Source of the DNA: an uncultured Spirochaetales bacterium
Lineage (GTDB): Bacteria; Spirochaetota; Spirochaetia; JAFGXN01
Direction: 5' to 3'
DNA: 64,000 nucleotides
NCBI GenBank assembly: GCA_949289575.1
Contig: CASEOG010000004.1
Span: 6,053-70,052 of the forward strand
Under the pieces are notes generated by a model that had not been told where the DNA came from, made no database searches, and worked only from the letters and a program-made list of their open reading frames with translations. Both the position numbers and the translations under genes were made by a program. Shown here piece after piece: positions 18,741 through 29,284 of the stretch (its first letter is position 1; each line of letters starts with the position of its first letter).

Positions 18741-20834
18741 ATGGAAAGATTAACAATCAAAATCGGGAAGCAGGATCTGGTTCTGGAAACAGGCCGTATG
18801 GCCAAACAGGCAAACGGATCCGCTTTCGTGACTTACGGCGGCAGTGCCGTTTTGGCAACTGTCTGCTGCAGCTCACAACCGACACCGGGGCTGGACTTTG
18901 TCCCGCTTCAGGTGGAGTATAACGAGCGCTATTATGCGGCGGGAAAAATTCCCGGCGGCTTTCTCAAAAGAGAAGGACGACCGAAAGATAAGGAAATTTT
19001 GGTTTCCCGTCTGATCGACCGCCCGATGCGCCCGCTTTTTTCGAAAAAATTCGGCCGCGAGATTCAGGTTGTGCCGACCGTTGTGTCGACAGACCAGATC
19101 AACCCGCCGGATATGGTGGCGATGATTGCCGCCTCGGCAGCCGTAACCATTTCCGATATTCCTTTCGACGGTCCGATTGCCGGTGTCCGTGTCGCTTACG
19201 TAAACGGCGAATACATCATTAATCCGACTTTCGATGAAATCAAAAGCGGACAGATGGATATCGTTGTTGCCGGAACCGAAGAAGGCATCACAATGGTCGA
19301 AGGCGGCGCCAAAGAGGTGAGCGAAGAGGTGATGCTGACGGCAATCGAGAAAGCTCATGTCGTGATTGCCGATGTCTGCCGCCGGATTCGCGATTTTGCC
19401 GCCCGTGTCGGCAAAGCCAAACTGCCGCTGGCCGGTACCGATCTCCGTTACGAAAACGAATCGGCTGTCCGTGCCTTTGCGGAACCGCTCTATGCGAAAG
19501 CCTCTTTCGTTAAAAACAAACTGGAACGCCATGAGGCGAAAGCCAAAGTCCGCGAATCGATTCTTTCCCAATTCACGACGGAAGAGACACCTCAGGAAGA
19601 AATCAACCTGCTGAATGCGCTTTGCGACGAAATCGAGAGAGAGGTTGTCCGGCTTTCCGTTTTAAACAACGGCATCCGTATCGACGGCCGGAAAGCCGAC
19701 GAAATCCGCCCGATTACCTGCGAAGTCGGCGTTCTGGACCGCACGCACGGCAGTGCGCTCTTTACACGCGGCGAAACGCAAAGTTTGGGTGTCGTCACCT
19801 TGGGAACAACCGATGACGGAAAACTGGTCGACGATATCGACGGAGATAAATCGTACGAGCACTTCATGCTTCATTACAATTTCCCTCCGTACAGTGTCGG
19901 CGAAACCGGACGTCTGACAACCGGACGTCGCGAAATCGGTCACGGTCATCTGGCTCTCCGGGCATTGGAATCGATGATTCCCGATTCGAAAGAGTTCCCT
20001 TACACCATTCGTGTCGTTTCCGAAATTCTGGAATCGAACGGTTCTTCCTCGATGGCAACGGTCTGTTCCGGAACGTTGAGTCTTTTGGATGCCGGCGTGC
20101 CCCTGAAGAAACCGGTTGCCGGTATCGCGATGGGACTGATTTCCGACGGAGAGAAAGCAATCGTTTTGAGCGATATTTTGGGTGACGAAGACCATCTCGG
20201 CGATATGGATTTCAAAGTGACCGGAACGGCCGAGGGCATTACCGCTTTTCAGATGGACATCAAAATCAAGCGTGTCGCTCCCGATTTGATGAAAACCGCT
20301 CTGGAACAGGCCAAACAGGGACGTCTTCATATTCTCAGCATCATGAATCAGACGCTGAGCTCTCCGCGTGCCGAGGTGAGCCGCTTTGCCCCGAAAATCG
20401 TTTCAATTCGCATTAATCCGGATAAAGTCGGTGCCGTTATCGGCAGCGGCGGAAAAACGGTGAAGGCTCTGACGGAAAAAACGGGTGCCCAAATCGTTAT
20501 CGAAGAGGACGGAACCGTTCAGATTTACGGCAAAGATCAGGAATCGGCGGAAAAAGCGATGAAAATGGTCGAGGCCATTGCCACCGATCCGAAACCGGGA
20601 ACGCTCTTTCAGGGTGTTGTCAAAAAAATCATGGATTTCGGAGCCTTTGTCGAATTTGTACCCGGGAAAGAGGGTCTGGTTCATATTTCCAAGCTGGCCG
20701 ATCACCGTGTCGAAAAGGTCACCGATGTTTTGAAAGAAGGTCAGGTTATTCCTGTCAAAGTGCTGGAAGTCGACAAATTGGGACGGATTAATCTCTCCTA
20801 TATCGACGCGATTCGGGATCAGAAATCGGAATGA
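18741..20834 (+). CDS. pnp: Polyribonucleotide nucleotidyltransferase
   Basis: GKIPGGFLKREG, RREIGHG, ESNGSSSMA, GDMDFKV, KH and S1 domains. Confidence 0.98.
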   Translation: MERLTIKIGKQDLVLETGRMAKQANGSAFVTYGGSAVLATVCCSSQPTPGLDFVPLQVEYNERYYAAGKIPGGFLKREGRPKDKEILVSRLIDRPMRPLFSKKFGREIQVVPTVVSTDQINPPDMVAMIAASAAVTISDIPFDGPIAGVRVAYVNGEYIINPTFDEIKSGQMDIVVAGTEEGITMVEGGAKEVSEEVMLTAIEKAHVVIADVCRRIRDFAARVGKAKLPLAGTDLRYENESAVRAFAEPLYAKASFVKNKLERHEAKAKVRESILSQFTTEETPQEEINLLNALCDEIEREVVRLSVLNNGIRIDGRKADEIRPITCEVGVLDRTHGSALFTRGETQSLGVVTLGTTDDGKLVDDIDGDKSYEHFMLHYNFPPYSVGETGRLTTGRREIGHGHLALRALESMIPDSKEFPYTIRVVSEILESNGSSSMATVCSGTLSLLDAGVPLKKPVAGIAMGLISDGEKAIVLSDILGDEDHLGDMDFKVTGTAEGITAFQMDIKIKRVAPDLMKTALEQAKQGRLHILSIMNQTLSSPRAEVSRFAPKIVSIRINPDKVGAVIGSGGKTVKALTEKTGAQIVIEEDGTVQIYGKDQESAEKAMKMVEAIATDPKPGTLFQGVVKKIMDFGAFVEFVPGKEGLVHISKLADHRVEKVTDVLKEGQVIPVKVLEVDKLGRINLSYIDAIRDQKSE

Positions 20835-21268
20835 AAAAGGTCCCGATCAAGGCAGTTTTTAAAGAAAACCGCAAACCGGTTTACGGTTCGCCCCTGGCTT
20901 CGGGGGCGGATCTGTTTGCGGATATCGATGAACCGATACGGCTGCAAAGTCTGGAACGGTGTCTGGTGCCGACAGGTTTTTTTCTCCAGATTCCGGACGG
21001 CTATGAGGCGCAGGTTCGTCCCCGGTCGGGGTTGGCCGTTCGCCACGGCCTCTCGCTGGTCAATACACCGGGAACCATCGATGCCGATTACCGCGGCGAA
21101 GTGAAAGTGATTCTCGTGAACCTCGGGAAAGACCCGGTAACGGTCTCTCCCGGCGACCGGATTGCCCAGCTGGTCATAGCTCCGGTCGTGCAGGCGGAAT
21201 GGATTGCCGTCGACCGTTTGGAGGCGACGGAGCGCGGTGAAGGCGGATTCGGTTCGACGGGAGTTTAA
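20831..21268 (+). CDS. dut: dUTP diphosphatase
   Basis: ASGADL, RPRSGLA, GTIDADYRGE, RIAQLV, RGEGGFGSTG. Confidence 0.97.
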   Translation: MKKVPIKAVFKENRKPVYGSPLASGADLFADIDEPIRLQSLERCLVPTGFFLQIPDGYEAQVRPRSGLAVRHGLSLVNTPGTIDADYRGEVKVILVNLGKDPVTVSPGDRIAQLVIAPVVQAEWIAVDRLEATERGEGGFGSTGV

Positions 21269-21271
21269 CCG

Positions 21272-22567
21272 GTGAAAGGACATCGACGGTACTGGACGAT
21301 TTACGGCTACCTGTTTCGGGAATTTATTCTTTCCTTTATGGTAGCCTTCTTCATTTTTTTCGCACTGTTTCTGGTGAACGAGCTTCTGGTCATTGCGTTG
21401 AGAATGCAGAAAAAAGATGTTCCCGTTTCGACCGTCTTCATTTTTTTGCTTTATTCGCTTCCTTATGTTCTTTCCTATACGTTTCCGTTATCGACAATGG
21501 TCAGTTGCCTGATGGCTGTCGGCCGCTTTCATTCCGACAATGAGATGCTGGCCATGCGGGCCAGCGGAATTCGTTACAGTAACATTTTTGTTCCGTTCAG
21601 TTTTGCGGCAGTGATTCTCACTCTGATTTCGTTTGTCATGAACGACTACTTTCTGCCTCTCGGAATGGAAAAACGGTATTCTCTTCTCAATCAGGTTGCA
21701 TTGTCGAACGCTTCGGTTATTTTCGAACCGTACGATGTGTCCGACCCGATTCAGGGAAAAATTATCATTACCGGCGATATAGAAGAAAACCTGATTCGGA
21801 ATCTGATTATAGTGGACAGGGATCCGGATGCCAATCGGCGGATTATTGTTTCCAAAAATGTGTCATTCCGGCAAAACGAACAGCTGGAAGGGGTCATGCA
21901 TTTGAATATGAAAGAACCGTTCATGCTGTCGACCGATAAAAACAGACGGAATTCGTATAATTACACAACCGCGCGGGAAGCCGACTATAATATTCTTTTA
22001 AAAGATTACGCCGGAACCGTTTTCTCTTCTTCGGATCCGTCGACAATGACCAGCAGTCAGGTTCGCGAAATGATACGGGAAGAGAAGGAACGGCTTCACA
22101 ATAACCGTGTACGTCAACGGGAACGGGTCTCTTCGGACCTTTATCAGCTTCGTTGCCGTTACGACGACATGTTCGAGTCTTCTTTTTTTATGCGGCAGTA
22201 CAAACAGTCCGATGTCAATTCACTGGCAGGCGATTACGAGAACTATCTGATTCAAAAAAACAGAAAAATCAGCAATAAAAGCCTTTCCCGTCTGGAAACC
22301 GAATATCATTATAAATTTGTTCTGCCGACCGGCTGTATAGCCTTGATCCTCCTGGCTTTTCCTTTGGGACTTTTTTCGAAACGCAGCGATAAAGCTGTCG
22401 GTTTGGGATTGGGCAGTATTTTTGCTTTTGTCTATTGGGTTTTGATTATGATGTCAAAGATTATCGGATATACATCCGATTTTCCGCCGGTTTTAATTAT
22501 GTGGCTTCCCAATATGATTGTCGGCATCGCCGGGATTATTATATATTCCATCAGAATGAGGCAGTGA
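21272..22567 (+). CDS. lptF: LptF/LptG (YjgP/YjgQ) family permease
   Basis: SDNEMLAMRASG motif, 3+3 TM layout, paired with a paralogue. Confidence 0.85.
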   Translation: MKGHRRYWTIYGYLFREFILSFMVAFFIFFALFLVNELLVIALRMQKKDVPVSTVFIFLLYSLPYVLSYTFPLSTMVSCLMAVGRFHSDNEMLAMRASGIRYSNIFVPFSFAAVILTLISFVMNDYFLPLGMEKRYSLLNQVALSNASVIFEPYDVSDPIQGKIIITGDIEENLIRNLIIVDRDPDANRRIIVSKNVSFRQNEQLEGVMHLNMKEPFMLSTDKNRRNSYNYTTAREADYNILLKDYAGTVFSSSDPSTMTSSQVREMIREEKERLHNNRVRQRERVSSDLYQLRCRYDDMFESSFFMRQYKQSDVNSLAGDYENYLIQKNRKISNKSLSRLETEYHYKFVLPTGCIALILLAFPLGLFSKRSDKAVGLGLGSIFAFVYWVLIMMSKIIGYTSDFPPVLIMWLPNMIVGIAGIIIYSIRMRQ

Positions 22568-22568
22568 G

Positions 22569-23663
22569 ATGATGCGGACTTTACACAGAATGCTTTTTAT
22601 GCAGTTTCTCAAAGTTTTTTCCGTGGCTCTGCTGCTGTTTGTGTTTATTATTGTTTTTGTCGATATTTTTTCTCATCTTTATTCGTATATTGTCAGCGAT
22701 ATCCCGATCGGAAAGATATTTTACATAACGGTTCTTTATATTCCGAAATGCATTCATTATTCGGTTCCGATTGCGGTTCTGTTCGCAGTTTCGTATACTC
22801 TCGGATCCTTTTACGCCAATAACGAACTGGTTGCGGTCTTTTCTTCGGGCGTTCCCCTGCATAAATTTGTTTTGCCGCTTCTGATTTTCGGATTTTGCGG
22901 CAGTCTTTTCAACTTCCTTTTTGAAGAATTGGTTGTCATCGATACGCTCAGGATGAAAAACAATGCCTATAACGAAGTCATGTATTATACTTCGTCCTCG
23001 GACGGTGATAAACAGCGTGCGGCTGTTTTCGACATTGACAAAAATATCATCTATTATGCGGGATCCTATCGCGATGCCAGTCAGGTTTTGAACGATGTCA
23101 CTTTAATTCAGCTTTCACCGCAGGGAGATCTGATTTCCAGAATCGATGCCCGGGAAGGCGAGTGGAACGGTTATTTTTGGGATTTTCGAGAGGTGCGCTT
23201 GTTTGATGTTCACGCCGAAACAAAAAAAGTGACGGAAAGTTACCGGGAAACCCTCGGTTCGGAAAAATATAACAAACCGCCGAAGTTTTTCAGAGAAGTG
23301 ACCAAAGATATTACGGAATTGAGACTTTTTGAGGCGATAGACTGGCTCGGTGAGCTGAAGGAAGCCAACGTCGCCAAAAAATACAGGGATGCTTTAATCG
23401 AATTTTACAAGCGGTTTTCGTTTACGTTTACAACGTTTATTGTCGCTCTGATTTCCTGTGCTTTGGGAAGCCGCTTTAATAAAAATATTCTGCTGTACAG
23501 TCTGTTAATGAGTATTATCATTGCGGTTGTTTACTACGTCTATCAGATGATTACGGAGCTTTTTGCCAGCGGCCGTATATTACCGCCGTTTGTCGGATCG
23601 TGGCTTCCGTTTTTCACGTTTCTCATTGTCGGTCGGATTTTATTCAGGAGAGCCAGAACATGA
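22569..23663 (+). CDS. lptG: LptF/LptG (YjgP/YjgQ) family permease
   Basis: NNELVAVFSSG motif, 3+3 TM layout, LPPFVGSWLP. Confidence 0.85.
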   Translation: MMRTLHRMLFMQFLKVFSVALLLFVFIIVFVDIFSHLYSYIVSDIPIGKIFYITVLYIPKCIHYSVPIAVLFAVSYTLGSFYANNELVAVFSSGVPLHKFVLPLLIFGFCGSLFNFLFEELVVIDTLRMKNNAYNEVMYYTSSSDGDKQRAAVFDIDKNIIYYAGSYRDASQVLNDVTLIQLSPQGDLISRIDAREGEWNGYFWDFREVRLFDVHAETKKVTESYRETLGSEKYNKPPKFFREVTKDITELRLFEAIDWLGELKEANVAKKYRDALIEFYKRFSFTFTTFIVALISCALGSRFNKNILLYSLLMSIIIAVVYYVYQMITELFASGRILPPFVGSWLPFFTFLIVGRILFRRART

Positions 23664-24793
23664 AGCCTTTGTTTGAATGTACTTACCGGGATCCGAACAG
23701 CCGTGCGCGGCTGGGGCTTTTGCATTTGCCGCACGGAACCGTCGAAACGCCGGTGTTTATGCCGGTCGGCACAGCCGGTGCCATTAAGGCCTTAAAACAC
23801 AGTGATTTGGAAAAAATCGGATACCGGCTGATGCTTTCCAACACTTATCACTTATATTTGCGGCCGGGTGCCGATGTCATGGCGGCTTACGGATCGCTGC
23901 ATGAGTTCGACAGCTGGCAGCACAATATTTTGACCGACAGCGGCGGTTTTCAGGTCTTTTCATTGGCGCCTTTCCGGAAAATTCGGCACGAGGGGGTGCG
24001 TTTCCGCAGTCATATCGACGGCAGTTACCACAACTTGACACCCGAATCGGTGGTCGATTTTCAGACCATTCTGAATTCGGACATTCAAATGGTTTTGGAT
24101 GTGTGCAGCGAGAAGGGAATCTCCGAGAAGAAAGCCAAAGAAGCGGCTTATATCACCGCGGAATGGGCCGTCCGTGCCAAAAAACAGTGGCTCGAAAAGC
24201 GGGAAGCCGGCTACGCCGGCCATTTATTCGGAATCGTACAGGGCAATTTCTATAAAAATCTGCGGAAAATGTGCGCGGAGCAGATCAACGAAATCGATTT
24301 TCCGGGAATCGCTATCGGCGGTCTTTCCGTCGGCGAGGAAAAAAACGAATTTGCCGATTTCCTCAGTTATACGGCCGCATTCCTGCCGGAAGACAAACCG
24401 CGCTATGTGATGGGAATCGGCTCTCCCGACTATCTCTTTGAGGCGGTCGCCAACGGAATCGATATGTTTGATTGCGTTCTGCCGACGCGGGTTGCCCGAA
24501 ACGGAACGGCGGCGACGGACGACGGATGGATTGCGCTGAAAAAAGAAAGGTATGCGACGGACAGGCGGCCGCTGCAGGAAGGCTGCCCGTGCACGGCGTG
24601 CCGGACTTACAGCCGCGGTTATCTGCGTCATCTTGTGAAAGCCGGAGAAATTCTGGCTCCGATGCTGATTACCGAACACAATCTGACCTATTTTTACCGC
24701 TTGATGGAGCGTATTCGTCTTTCGATTCGCGAAAACCGTTTTACGGAGTTTAAAAACGAGTACCTGCAGCGTTTTACGGGAGGGAACGGATGA
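23660..24793 (+). CDS. tgt: tRNA-guanine transglycosylase
   Basis: TPVFMPVGT, NTYHL, TDSGGFQVFSL, DMFDCVLPTR, CPCTAC Zn site. LDVC and GGLSVGE are consistent with the preQ1-inserting bacterial type. Confidence 0.97.
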   Translation: MKPLFECTYRDPNSRARLGLLHLPHGTVETPVFMPVGTAGAIKALKHSDLEKIGYRLMLSNTYHLYLRPGADVMAAYGSLHEFDSWQHNILTDSGGFQVFSLAPFRKIRHEGVRFRSHIDGSYHNLTPESVVDFQTILNSDIQMVLDVCSEKGISEKKAKEAAYITAEWAVRAKKQWLEKREAGYAGHLFGIVQGNFYKNLRKMCAEQINEIDFPGIAIGGLSVGEEKNEFADFLSYTAAFLPEDKPRYVMGIGSPDYLFEAVANGIDMFDCVLPTRVARNGTAATDDGWIALKKERYATDRRPLQEGCPCTACRTYSRGYLRHLVKAGEILAPMLITEHNLTYFYRLMERIRLSIRENRFTEFKNEYLQRFTGGNG

Positions 24794-26349
24794 CTCGGGA
24801 ACAGGATAAACAACGAAGTACCTCGCTTTCGGCTCTGGTCGTCATGGCGGCAACTCTTTTTTCCAGAATGCTCGGATTTATTAAAGTGGCTCTCATCAGT
24901 CACCTTTTCGGGGCAACCGGGAAAGCCGATGTCTTTAATTTCGTCTTTGATATTCCCAACAATCTGCGGAAACTGATGGCGGAAGGAGCGCTTTCATCGG
25001 CCTTTATCCCTACACTGTCGCAGTCGATTGCCGACAAAAACGGGAGCGATAAACGGTTGGTGAGAACCCTGCTGACTTTTCAGTTTCTGATACTGATTCC
25101 GCTGTGCGTTCTGGCCGTCATTTTCAAACGGGAAGTGATTCTCTTTCTCTCCGAATACAAAGATCCCGAACAGATTGAACTGGCGGCCTCACTCTTTCAG
25201 TTCTTCATTCACTATATTGTTTTCGTCAGCATTTCCGCCGTGATTATGGCGACTTTGAATTCCCGCCGTCATTTTCTGACGCCGGCACTGGCTCCGATTG
25301 TCTTTTCCGTTTGCGTCATTATTTCCGTTTTGGCTTTTCATAAGAAATGGGACATTTTTTCGATGGCGCTCGGCGTTCTTTCCGGCGGCGTGGCACAGAT
25401 TCTGATTCAGCTGCCGGTTTTTTACAAAAAAGGGTACCGAATGACACCCGATTTTCATTTTCGGGATCCTTATTTCCGCACGATTCTGCGCCGTTGGGTT
25501 CCCGTCCTTTTTGCTTCATGTATTTTCTTTGTGAATCAGCTGATAGCCAACAAATTCGCGTCGGGATTGGATGACGGATCGGTTTCGGCTCTCAAAAACT
25601 CGATTATTTTCTGGCAGCTGCCGCAGGGAATTTTCGGAGCCTCGCTGTCGACGGTGCTGTTTCCCAAAATGAGCCGCGAAGCGGTCGAAAACGATACGGA
25701 AGGATTGAGACGGAGCGTCAATTACGGGTTGACGTTTCTTTACATTCTGCTGGTTCCGTCATCGCTCATTCTGATTCTGTTCGGACCGCAGATGGTGGCC
25801 GTCACATTGCAGCACGGGAAGTTTACGCTGACCGACTCGCTGCTCACGGCACGGGTGCTTGCATATTACAGTCTGGGACTTTTTTTCAGTGCCGGCTTTA
25901 CCTTTCTGCAGCGCTTTTTTTATTCGCGGCAGAAATTTTTTATCCCGGTTGCCGTTTCGATTGTGCTGGTTCTGATCGATATCGGCTGTTCGCTCTGGCT
26001 GAAGGAAACGGCTTTACGGGTCTCCGGTCTGGCTCTTGCCAATTCCATAGCTTTTGCCGTTGCTTTTTTCATTCAGCTTTATCTGGTAAAACGGGAACTG
26101 CATCACATCGGTTTCAGAAGTTTTCTGACTGAGGCCGGGAAGGGAACCCTGGCCATGATTCCGTTTACGGCCTATCTGGCCGCTGTCGGATTTCTTTCGT
26201 ATTGGAAAGAGGGCTTTTCGCTGATCAATTTCGCGACAGCTGCTCTCGTCGGAATCGGTGCGGTCCTGATTCTTTTCTTTTCTTTTTATCTCTTTAAGAT
26301 TGAAATTCTGACCGATATTCTTAAAAGAAGGAGAAAATCGTGTGATTAA
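24790..26349 (+). CDS. murJ: Lipid II flippase MurJ (MviN)
   Basis: SRMLGF, PNNLRKLMAEGALSSAFIP, QLPQGIFG; multi-TM. Confidence 0.95.
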   Translation: MTREQDKQRSTSLSALVVMAATLFSRMLGFIKVALISHLFGATGKADVFNFVFDIPNNLRKLMAEGALSSAFIPTLSQSIADKNGSDKRLVRTLLTFQFLILIPLCVLAVIFKREVILFLSEYKDPEQIELAASLFQFFIHYIVFVSISAVIMATLNSRRHFLTPALAPIVFSVCVIISVLAFHKKWDIFSMALGVLSGGVAQILIQLPVFYKKGYRMTPDFHFRDPYFRTILRRWVPVLFASCIFFVNQLIANKFASGLDDGSVSALKNSIIFWQLPQGIFGASLSTVLFPKMSREAVENDTEGLRRSVNYGLTFLYILLVPSSLILILFGPQMVAVTLQHGKFTLTDSLLTARVLAYYSLGLFFSAGFTFLQRFFYSRQKFFIPVAVSIVLVLIDIGCSLWLKETALRVSGLALANSIAFAVAFFIQLYLVKRELHHIGFRSFLTEAGKGTLAMIPFTAYLAAVGFLSYWKEGFSLINFATAALVGIGAVLILFFSFYLFKIEILTDILKRRRKSCD

Positions 26350-28087
26350 GAGACCTCTCTTTTTTTTCGGAGCGTTATTAACCGTCTTCTGTTTTCACTC
26401 TTTGGCGGCAGCCGATACCGAAACGGTGTCTTTATCGTCGTCGGTTCTTTCTTCCGAACCGGCATCGGTTGCGAAATCCGAATCTGCCGATTCGGTTTCT
26501 GTCCCGTCGGCAGCCGATAAGACTCAGGCGGAACCGAATTCCTCAGCACCGACTTCGACAGAGGCCGATTCTCACTCCTCGACGACAAACCTGACAGCGG
26601 ATTCACCGGAGAAGGAGATCTCCTACGAAGACATCTTCAAATGGGGGATGGAAACCCAGATCCTGGAAACTCTGAAAAAAATTACGGAAGCCGGAACCGC
26701 CGTTCCCCGAGAACAGCTGGAAACTCTTTACCGTGAATCGCTTTCGGCACCGATCCGGGCGGCCTGTCTCGATTACTGGCGTGAAAAAAAAGATCCGTTT
26801 TTATATGATGATGTGCTCGGTGAATGGAGCGAACTTCCTGTCCGGGAAACGGTTTTGCAGCAGGCGACTCTCAATTATCTGTTTGCCTTTCTTCCCGAGA
26901 AACAGGATGAAAAGACGATCGGTATTTTGGGCGATGTTCTCCGCTATGCCGATTACGGTGTCAAGTCACATCTGTTGAGTCTGATTGCCGAAAAACAGCT
27001 GACGGCATTCGAACCGGTTCTTCTGGAGGCGTGGAAAACAGCCGACGGTCAGACCGCGTTTCAGGCTGCGGTTCTGAAGACGCTCGGTAAACTGAAAACC
27101 GGTGATGCGTTTGAAATCCTGAAAGCACAGCTGGAGAATACCGATTTGCCGACCGATTTGCGGATGGCCGCTGCCGAAGGGTTGGGCGGTTACGAAACCG
27201 CCGACGCATACGGAGTACTCGAATCGTTTATGACGGAAACCAATATTTATCTCCGGCTGAAAATTTTCGATTCGCTGCTCTCGACAAAAAATCCGAATTT
27301 GAAAAAAACAATCGAGCAGGGCGGAAAAGACGGTTACTGGCAGATTCGCCGTTCGGTCTTTCGGTTCATCGGTGAGAACGGGTTGACCGAATATGCCCCG
27401 ATGATGCTCTTTAAAGCGAAAAACGAACCGGAGCGGTCGGTTCGCGAGACTGTGATTCGGCAACTGGGGAAAATGGATCTTCCCGAAATCCGGACCTATC
27501 TTCAGGAGACGGTGCGCAACGAAAAAAATCCGATGACAACACGGAAACTGGCATTCGATGCTCTCGGCGGTTACCAATATGCGCAGCAGATTCCGTTTCT
27601 GATGGATTTATGGACACGGTACAAAGACAAGCCGACGGGAACCATTGCCGAACACATGGCGATGCGTCTTTCGGTGACCGAAGAAGCAGGGCTTGATGTC
27701 ATGTATGAGCTTTTCTTTTTGTCGCCGGTCGGTCTGTTCAAACTTTACGCTTTACGCGGAATCGGTCTCAATCATTCACAGTCGTGCCGTGCCGAAATCG
27801 AAAAAATGCGGCAGAGCGACAAAAATGATCAGCTGACACGGGCGGCTAAGGCCATCGATTACGGCGACGGACCGGTTTCCGACCCGGCTGCGGCTGCCCC
27901 GGACACGAAAACCGATCCGGCGGCGGGACCGGCTGCACAGAACGAGACGGCACCGGCTGCGTACGGGGAGAAAGCGGCGGGGGCTGAAAACCGTACGGAT
28001 AACACGAGAGAATCGACCGGGAACGGCACAGCAGAATCGCCTGCGGCCGATTCCTCTGTTTTCGAAGCCGCAAACGAAAAAGCATAA
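26342..28087 (+). CDS. Exported HEAT-repeat protein with low-complexity termini
   Basis: Signal peptide, Ser/Ala-rich linker, HEAT-like helices (LRMAAAEGLG, VRETVIRQLG), Ala/Pro-rich tail. Confidence 0.7.
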   Translation: MIKRPLFFFGALLTVFCFHSLAAADTETVSLSSSVLSSEPASVAKSESADSVSVPSAADKTQAEPNSSAPTSTEADSHSSTTNLTADSPEKEISYEDIFKWGMETQILETLKKITEAGTAVPREQLETLYRESLSAPIRAACLDYWREKKDPFLYDDVLGEWSELPVRETVLQQATLNYLFAFLPEKQDEKTIGILGDVLRYADYGVKSHLLSLIAEKQLTAFEPVLLEAWKTADGQTAFQAAVLKTLGKLKTGDAFEILKAQLENTDLPTDLRMAAAEGLGGYETADAYGVLESFMTETNIYLRLKIFDSLLSTKNPNLKKTIEQGGKDGYWQIRRSVFRFIGENGLTEYAPMMLFKAKNEPERSVRETVIRQLGKMDLPEIRTYLQETVRNEKNPMTTRKLAFDALGGYQYAQQIPFLMDLWTRYKDKPTGTIAEHMAMRLSVTEEAGLDVMYELFFLSPVGLFKLYALRGIGLNHSQSCRAEIEKMRQSDKNDQLTRAAKAIDYGDGPVSDPAAAAPDTKTDPAAGPAAQNETAPAAYGEKAAGAENRTDNTRESTGNGTAESPAADSSVFEAANEKA

Positions 28088-28096
28088 AATAATATT

Positions 28097-29212
28097 TTAT
28101 TTTCTTCTCAACAGAATCCCCGTTTCGATTTTCGAGGTCTGCGGGAACATGTCGAAAAAGACCGCTTCGGCGATCGTGTAGTTTTGCGTCAACACTTTTA
28201 AGTCGCGCATCAGGTCGGGCGGCGAGCAGGAAATGTAAACGATTGTTTGGAGGCCGCTTGCGGCCAAAGCGGCGGCTCCGTTTTTGAGGCCGGCTGCCGG
28301 CGGATCGGCGATGCAGAAGTCGTAAGCGGCGGCCGGCTTCCCGCGGTGAAGAACGCGGTAAAGATCTTCGCGGCGGTAGGAGATTTTTACCCCGGGGAAG
28401 GCGGCGGCCGCGCGGTTGGCGGCGGCGACCGCGTCGGCGTTGAGGTCAAACCCGGTAATCGAGGCGGCGATTTCCGTCAGCGGCAGCGAAAAGTTGCCGT
28501 TGCCGCAAAACAGATCGAGTATACGGCTTTTCCCGGAAGCGGTCCCGGCGGCCGCCCCGGCAATCCAGCGGCGAATTTTATCGTTGACTTCGTTGTTGAC
28601 CTGCGCAAACGGCATCATGGCCGCGGCGCCGTGACCGCCGATTATCGCCTGCCGCCACTCTCCGTCGCGGTCGAGGTAGAGCTGCCGCTCTTCGCCGGCG
28701 GCTGCCGGCTCAGGCGATTCGGTCAGCTGCGCCAGTGCGCGGTTGAGGGCGCCGCAAACGCAGAGACAGCGGTCAATCGGCTGCGGATCGCGGCTGCCTT
28801 TGCGGTAGAGTGCCGGCCGGCCGGCCGCGTCGATGCGGATGCGCAGGCGGTTGCGGTAGCCGAACGGGGTGGAGGCGACAGTGAGCAAAGGGGGGAGTGT
28901 GATGCCGGCGCGCGCGGCACACTCTTCGATGATTGCCGTTTTCAGCTGTAACTGTCTTTCGTAACGGATGTGCTGGAAATCGCAGCCGCCGCAGCGGCCG
29001 AAATAAGGGCAGGGCGGTTCGATGCGGTCGGCGGAAGGTTCGCGAATGCGAATTGCTTCGGCCGTCATATAATGTGCTTTCGAAACAGGTGACGGTTCGG
29101 CTTCGACCTTTTCCCACGGCAGCGTATACGGAATCCAGCAGATTTTTCCGTCGATCCGTCCCAATCCGTATCCGCCGTAAACAATTTTTTCAATTTCGAC
29201 AATTTCCGCCAT
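28097..29212 (-). CDS. RlmD/TrmA-family m5U RNA methyltransferase
   Basis: TRAM-like start, CPYFGRCGGC Fe-S motif, FAQVN, LDLFCGNGNF, DPP, YISC, DMFPQT. Confidence 0.88.
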   Translation of the reverse strand: MAEIVEIEKIVYGGYGLGRIDGKICWIPYTLPWEKVEAEPSPVSKAHYMTAEAIRIREPSADRIEPPCPYFGRCGGCDFQHIRYERQLQLKTAIIEECAARAGITLPPLLTVASTPFGYRNRLRIRIDAAGRPALYRKGSRDPQPIDRCLCVCGALNRALAQLTESPEPAAAGEERQLYLDRDGEWRQAIIGGHGAAAMMPFAQVNNEVNDKIRRWIAGAAAGTASGKSRILDLFCGNGNFSLPLTEIAASITGFDLNADAVAAANRAAAAFPGVKISYRREDLYRVLHRGKPAAAYDFCIADPPAAGLKNGAAALAASGLQTIVYISCSPPDLMRDLKVLTQNYTIAEAVFFDMFPQTSKIETGILLRRK

Positions 29213-29218
29213 TGCCGT

Positions 29219-29278
29219 ATTCTATCACAATCACTTTTTTTGGTAAAGGTTGAATAAAGCGTTAAAAAACGGTATACT
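29219..29278. promoter_or_regulatory. Back-to-back divergent sigma70-like promoters, both predicted leaderless
   Basis: Minus strand: TTTACC-17-TAGAAT-6 nt-ATG(29212). Plus strand: TTGAAT-17-TATACT-6 nt-ATG(29285). No SD on either side. Confidence 0.65.
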
Positions 29279-29284
29279 TCATCC

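Noticed and set aside
27860..27990. Short CCGGC-rich repeats at the end of the HEAT gene
   Set aside because: Imperfect coding repeats of a Pro/Ala linker; no regular spacing, so not CRISPR or a mobile element.
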